Shown one piece after another: positions 62,701-64,000 of a stretch of 64,000 bases of DNA (its first letter is position 1; every line of letters starts with the position of its first letter). The stretch lies in the NCBI GenBank assembly GCA_002269645.1, contig NIVC01003718.1, positions 16,852 through 80,851 of the forward strand. Direction: 5' to 3'. The translations under genes and the position numbers were made by a program. The notes beneath the pieces are model-generated. The model was not told the DNA's origin, ran no database searches, and saw nothing but the letters and a program-made list of their open reading frames with translations. This stretch comes from Macrostomum lignano (taxonomy: Eukaryota).

Positions 62701-63478
62701 CTTGCTCACTGTCGAGGCTTGATCAGCGAAACTAGAGAAATTCGCATCAAAGTTCATAGTCGCCTGGTGTCATCTGTTGAAGGTGCCGACGGCGTCGGGG
62801 TGATGACTGAATGCTTGAGAGACTAGCTGAAGATGTTTCGCGGTTGAGGCTTGCCCATTGGCAAGGCTTGATCAGCGAAACTAGAGAAATTTGCATCAGG
62901 GTGTTCATAGTCACCTGGTGTAATCCGTTGAAGGTGCCGACGGCGTCGGGGTGATGATGGAAGGCTCGAGAGACTAGCTGAGGATACCTAGCAGTTGAGG
63001 TATGCCCACTGTCGAGGCTTGATCAGCGAAACTCGAGAAATTCGTATCAGAGTGTCCATAGTCACTTGGTGCCACCTGTTGAAGGTCCAGAAGCTCCGCC
63101 TGGGTGAAGGCTAGTGACCAACGAAGTCAGAGCTGATGCAGACACATGTGGTCGACGTGCTGATGAAATTTGGAGACTTGGCAAGGCTGCACTGAGGCGC
63201 AGTGCTGATTGGCGCACAGGGGTGTACTGAATACACTAGCGCTTATGGGAAAAATCCGACCTTCTGGCAGAATCGTCGAATATCTCGACGGTCCGGAGGG
63301 CTGGCGACTTGATTCTTGTTTGAGAAGGTGCGCAACAAAAAGTTAGCCCGTGTTCTTGAATTTTGTGTGTCTGCGTTGCTCCGTTCCGGCGCAGCAAAAA
63401 AATTGTCAGGGGGGGGGGGGAAATTTCCCCCCCCCTTGGTAGTTCGACGGGCGGAAAAATGGCTTGGTATTCCTACTG
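59746..63478. mobile_element. Complete foldback-like non-autonomous DNA transposon, copy B (3733 bp, TTAA flanks, ~1.7-kb inverted arms of 151-bp units)
   Basis: TTAA|CAGTAG at 59742-59751 and CTACTG|TTAA at 63473-63482. Left arm ~59746-61590, right arm ~61808-63478. No transposase ORF. Confidence 0.9.
61069..61408. mobile_element. 340-bp TG...CA insertion, probable solo LTR
   Basis: TCGAG duplicated at 61064-61068 and 61409-61413. Ends TGAAGTGACG...CGTCACGTCA (imperfect 10-bp inverted repeat). Interrupts one 151-bp unit. Confidence 0.75.
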
Positions 63479-63507
63479 TTAATACAACTATTATCACAGA
63501 AGTCAAC

Positions 63508-63966
63508 TCATGAGGTCTCATAGTCTGCATTTCGACAGAGCTTACTTTCTCCGTTCCAGAGTCCACCGGCCCCACTGATGGCTCTGCCGGTGCCAGACAG
63601 GGTCCGGCGTCTTACCGGAGCGGAGGCGGGCACTTTTGAGTTTGCCAACAGCGAACCGCGTCGCAGAGGGTGCACAGAAAACAGAGCTGAACTGCCGAGA
63701 TCGTACACCCCGACTGGCTGAAGGATCGCTGTCTCAGTCTCTGTCGCAGACAGCGAAGGTGACGAAGGTGCCGAGACGCCTCGACCGCCGCTGCCACCAA
63801 CGCTTTGCTGCCGACCGCCGGAGGTTCGCCTCCAGCGGAGTTGCTGACAAGCCCGACTGTTCTCAGCTGTCATGGCGTCAGATCGGACGCTGTCCAAGCG
63901 AATGCTGGCCATGGCGCTGTTGAGCACTCGCTCCAGCTCGCTCATTTCAGCATCCCTGGCACCAGG
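63508..63966 (-). CDS. Probable last coding exon of a gene extending beyond the window (Ser/Gly/Arg-rich, no domain recognised)
   Basis: Acceptor ...ctactcaacag|CCTGGT at 63966, open to TGA at 63508. GC-rich, coding-like composition. Confidence 0.6.
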   Translation of the reverse strand, partial: PGARDAEMSELERVLNSAMASIRLDSVRSDAMTAENSRACQQLRWRRTSGGRQQSVGGSGGRGVSAPSSPSLSATETETAILQPVGVYDLGSSALFSVHPLRRGSLLANSKVPASAPVRRRTLSGTGRAISGAGGLWNGESKLCRNADYETS

Positions 63967-64000
63967 CTGTTGAGTAGTTGACAAAATTTTCAGCGTTCGG

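Overview
Eukaryotic (invertebrate) genomic DNA with GT-AG introns, GC-rich exons and minisatellite-filled introns. The style suggests a free-living flatworm such as Macrostomum, but that is inference only. Genes, left to right: a 10-exon kettin/titin-like muscle protein (minus; 5 Ig domains plus a long Q/PQ/PAEPEAK repeat tail); a 3-exon 96-aa neuropeptide prohormone absent from the ORF track; a PA-TM-RING E3 ligase (RNF13/167 type, first exon not found); a divergent G-protein beta; a minimal TCF23/24-type bHLH; an orphan 2-exon gene with an apparent frameshift; a synaptotagmin-14/16-like gene with a duplicated last exon; and the last exon of a gene entering from the right. Mobile DNA: an intact RTE-type LINE, a tRNA-headed SINE, two copies of a TTAA-flanked foldback-like palindromic element built from 151-bp subrepeats, and a probable solo LTR nested in one arm. 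Other oddities: a (TTAGGGTTTGG)n telomere-variant array next to an 847-N gap, a ~2.9-kb block almost free of CpG, a six-fold tandem duplication of a splice donor, and a pre-miRNA-like hairpin. All gene models were spliced by hand with phase checks, and counts are manual and approximate.
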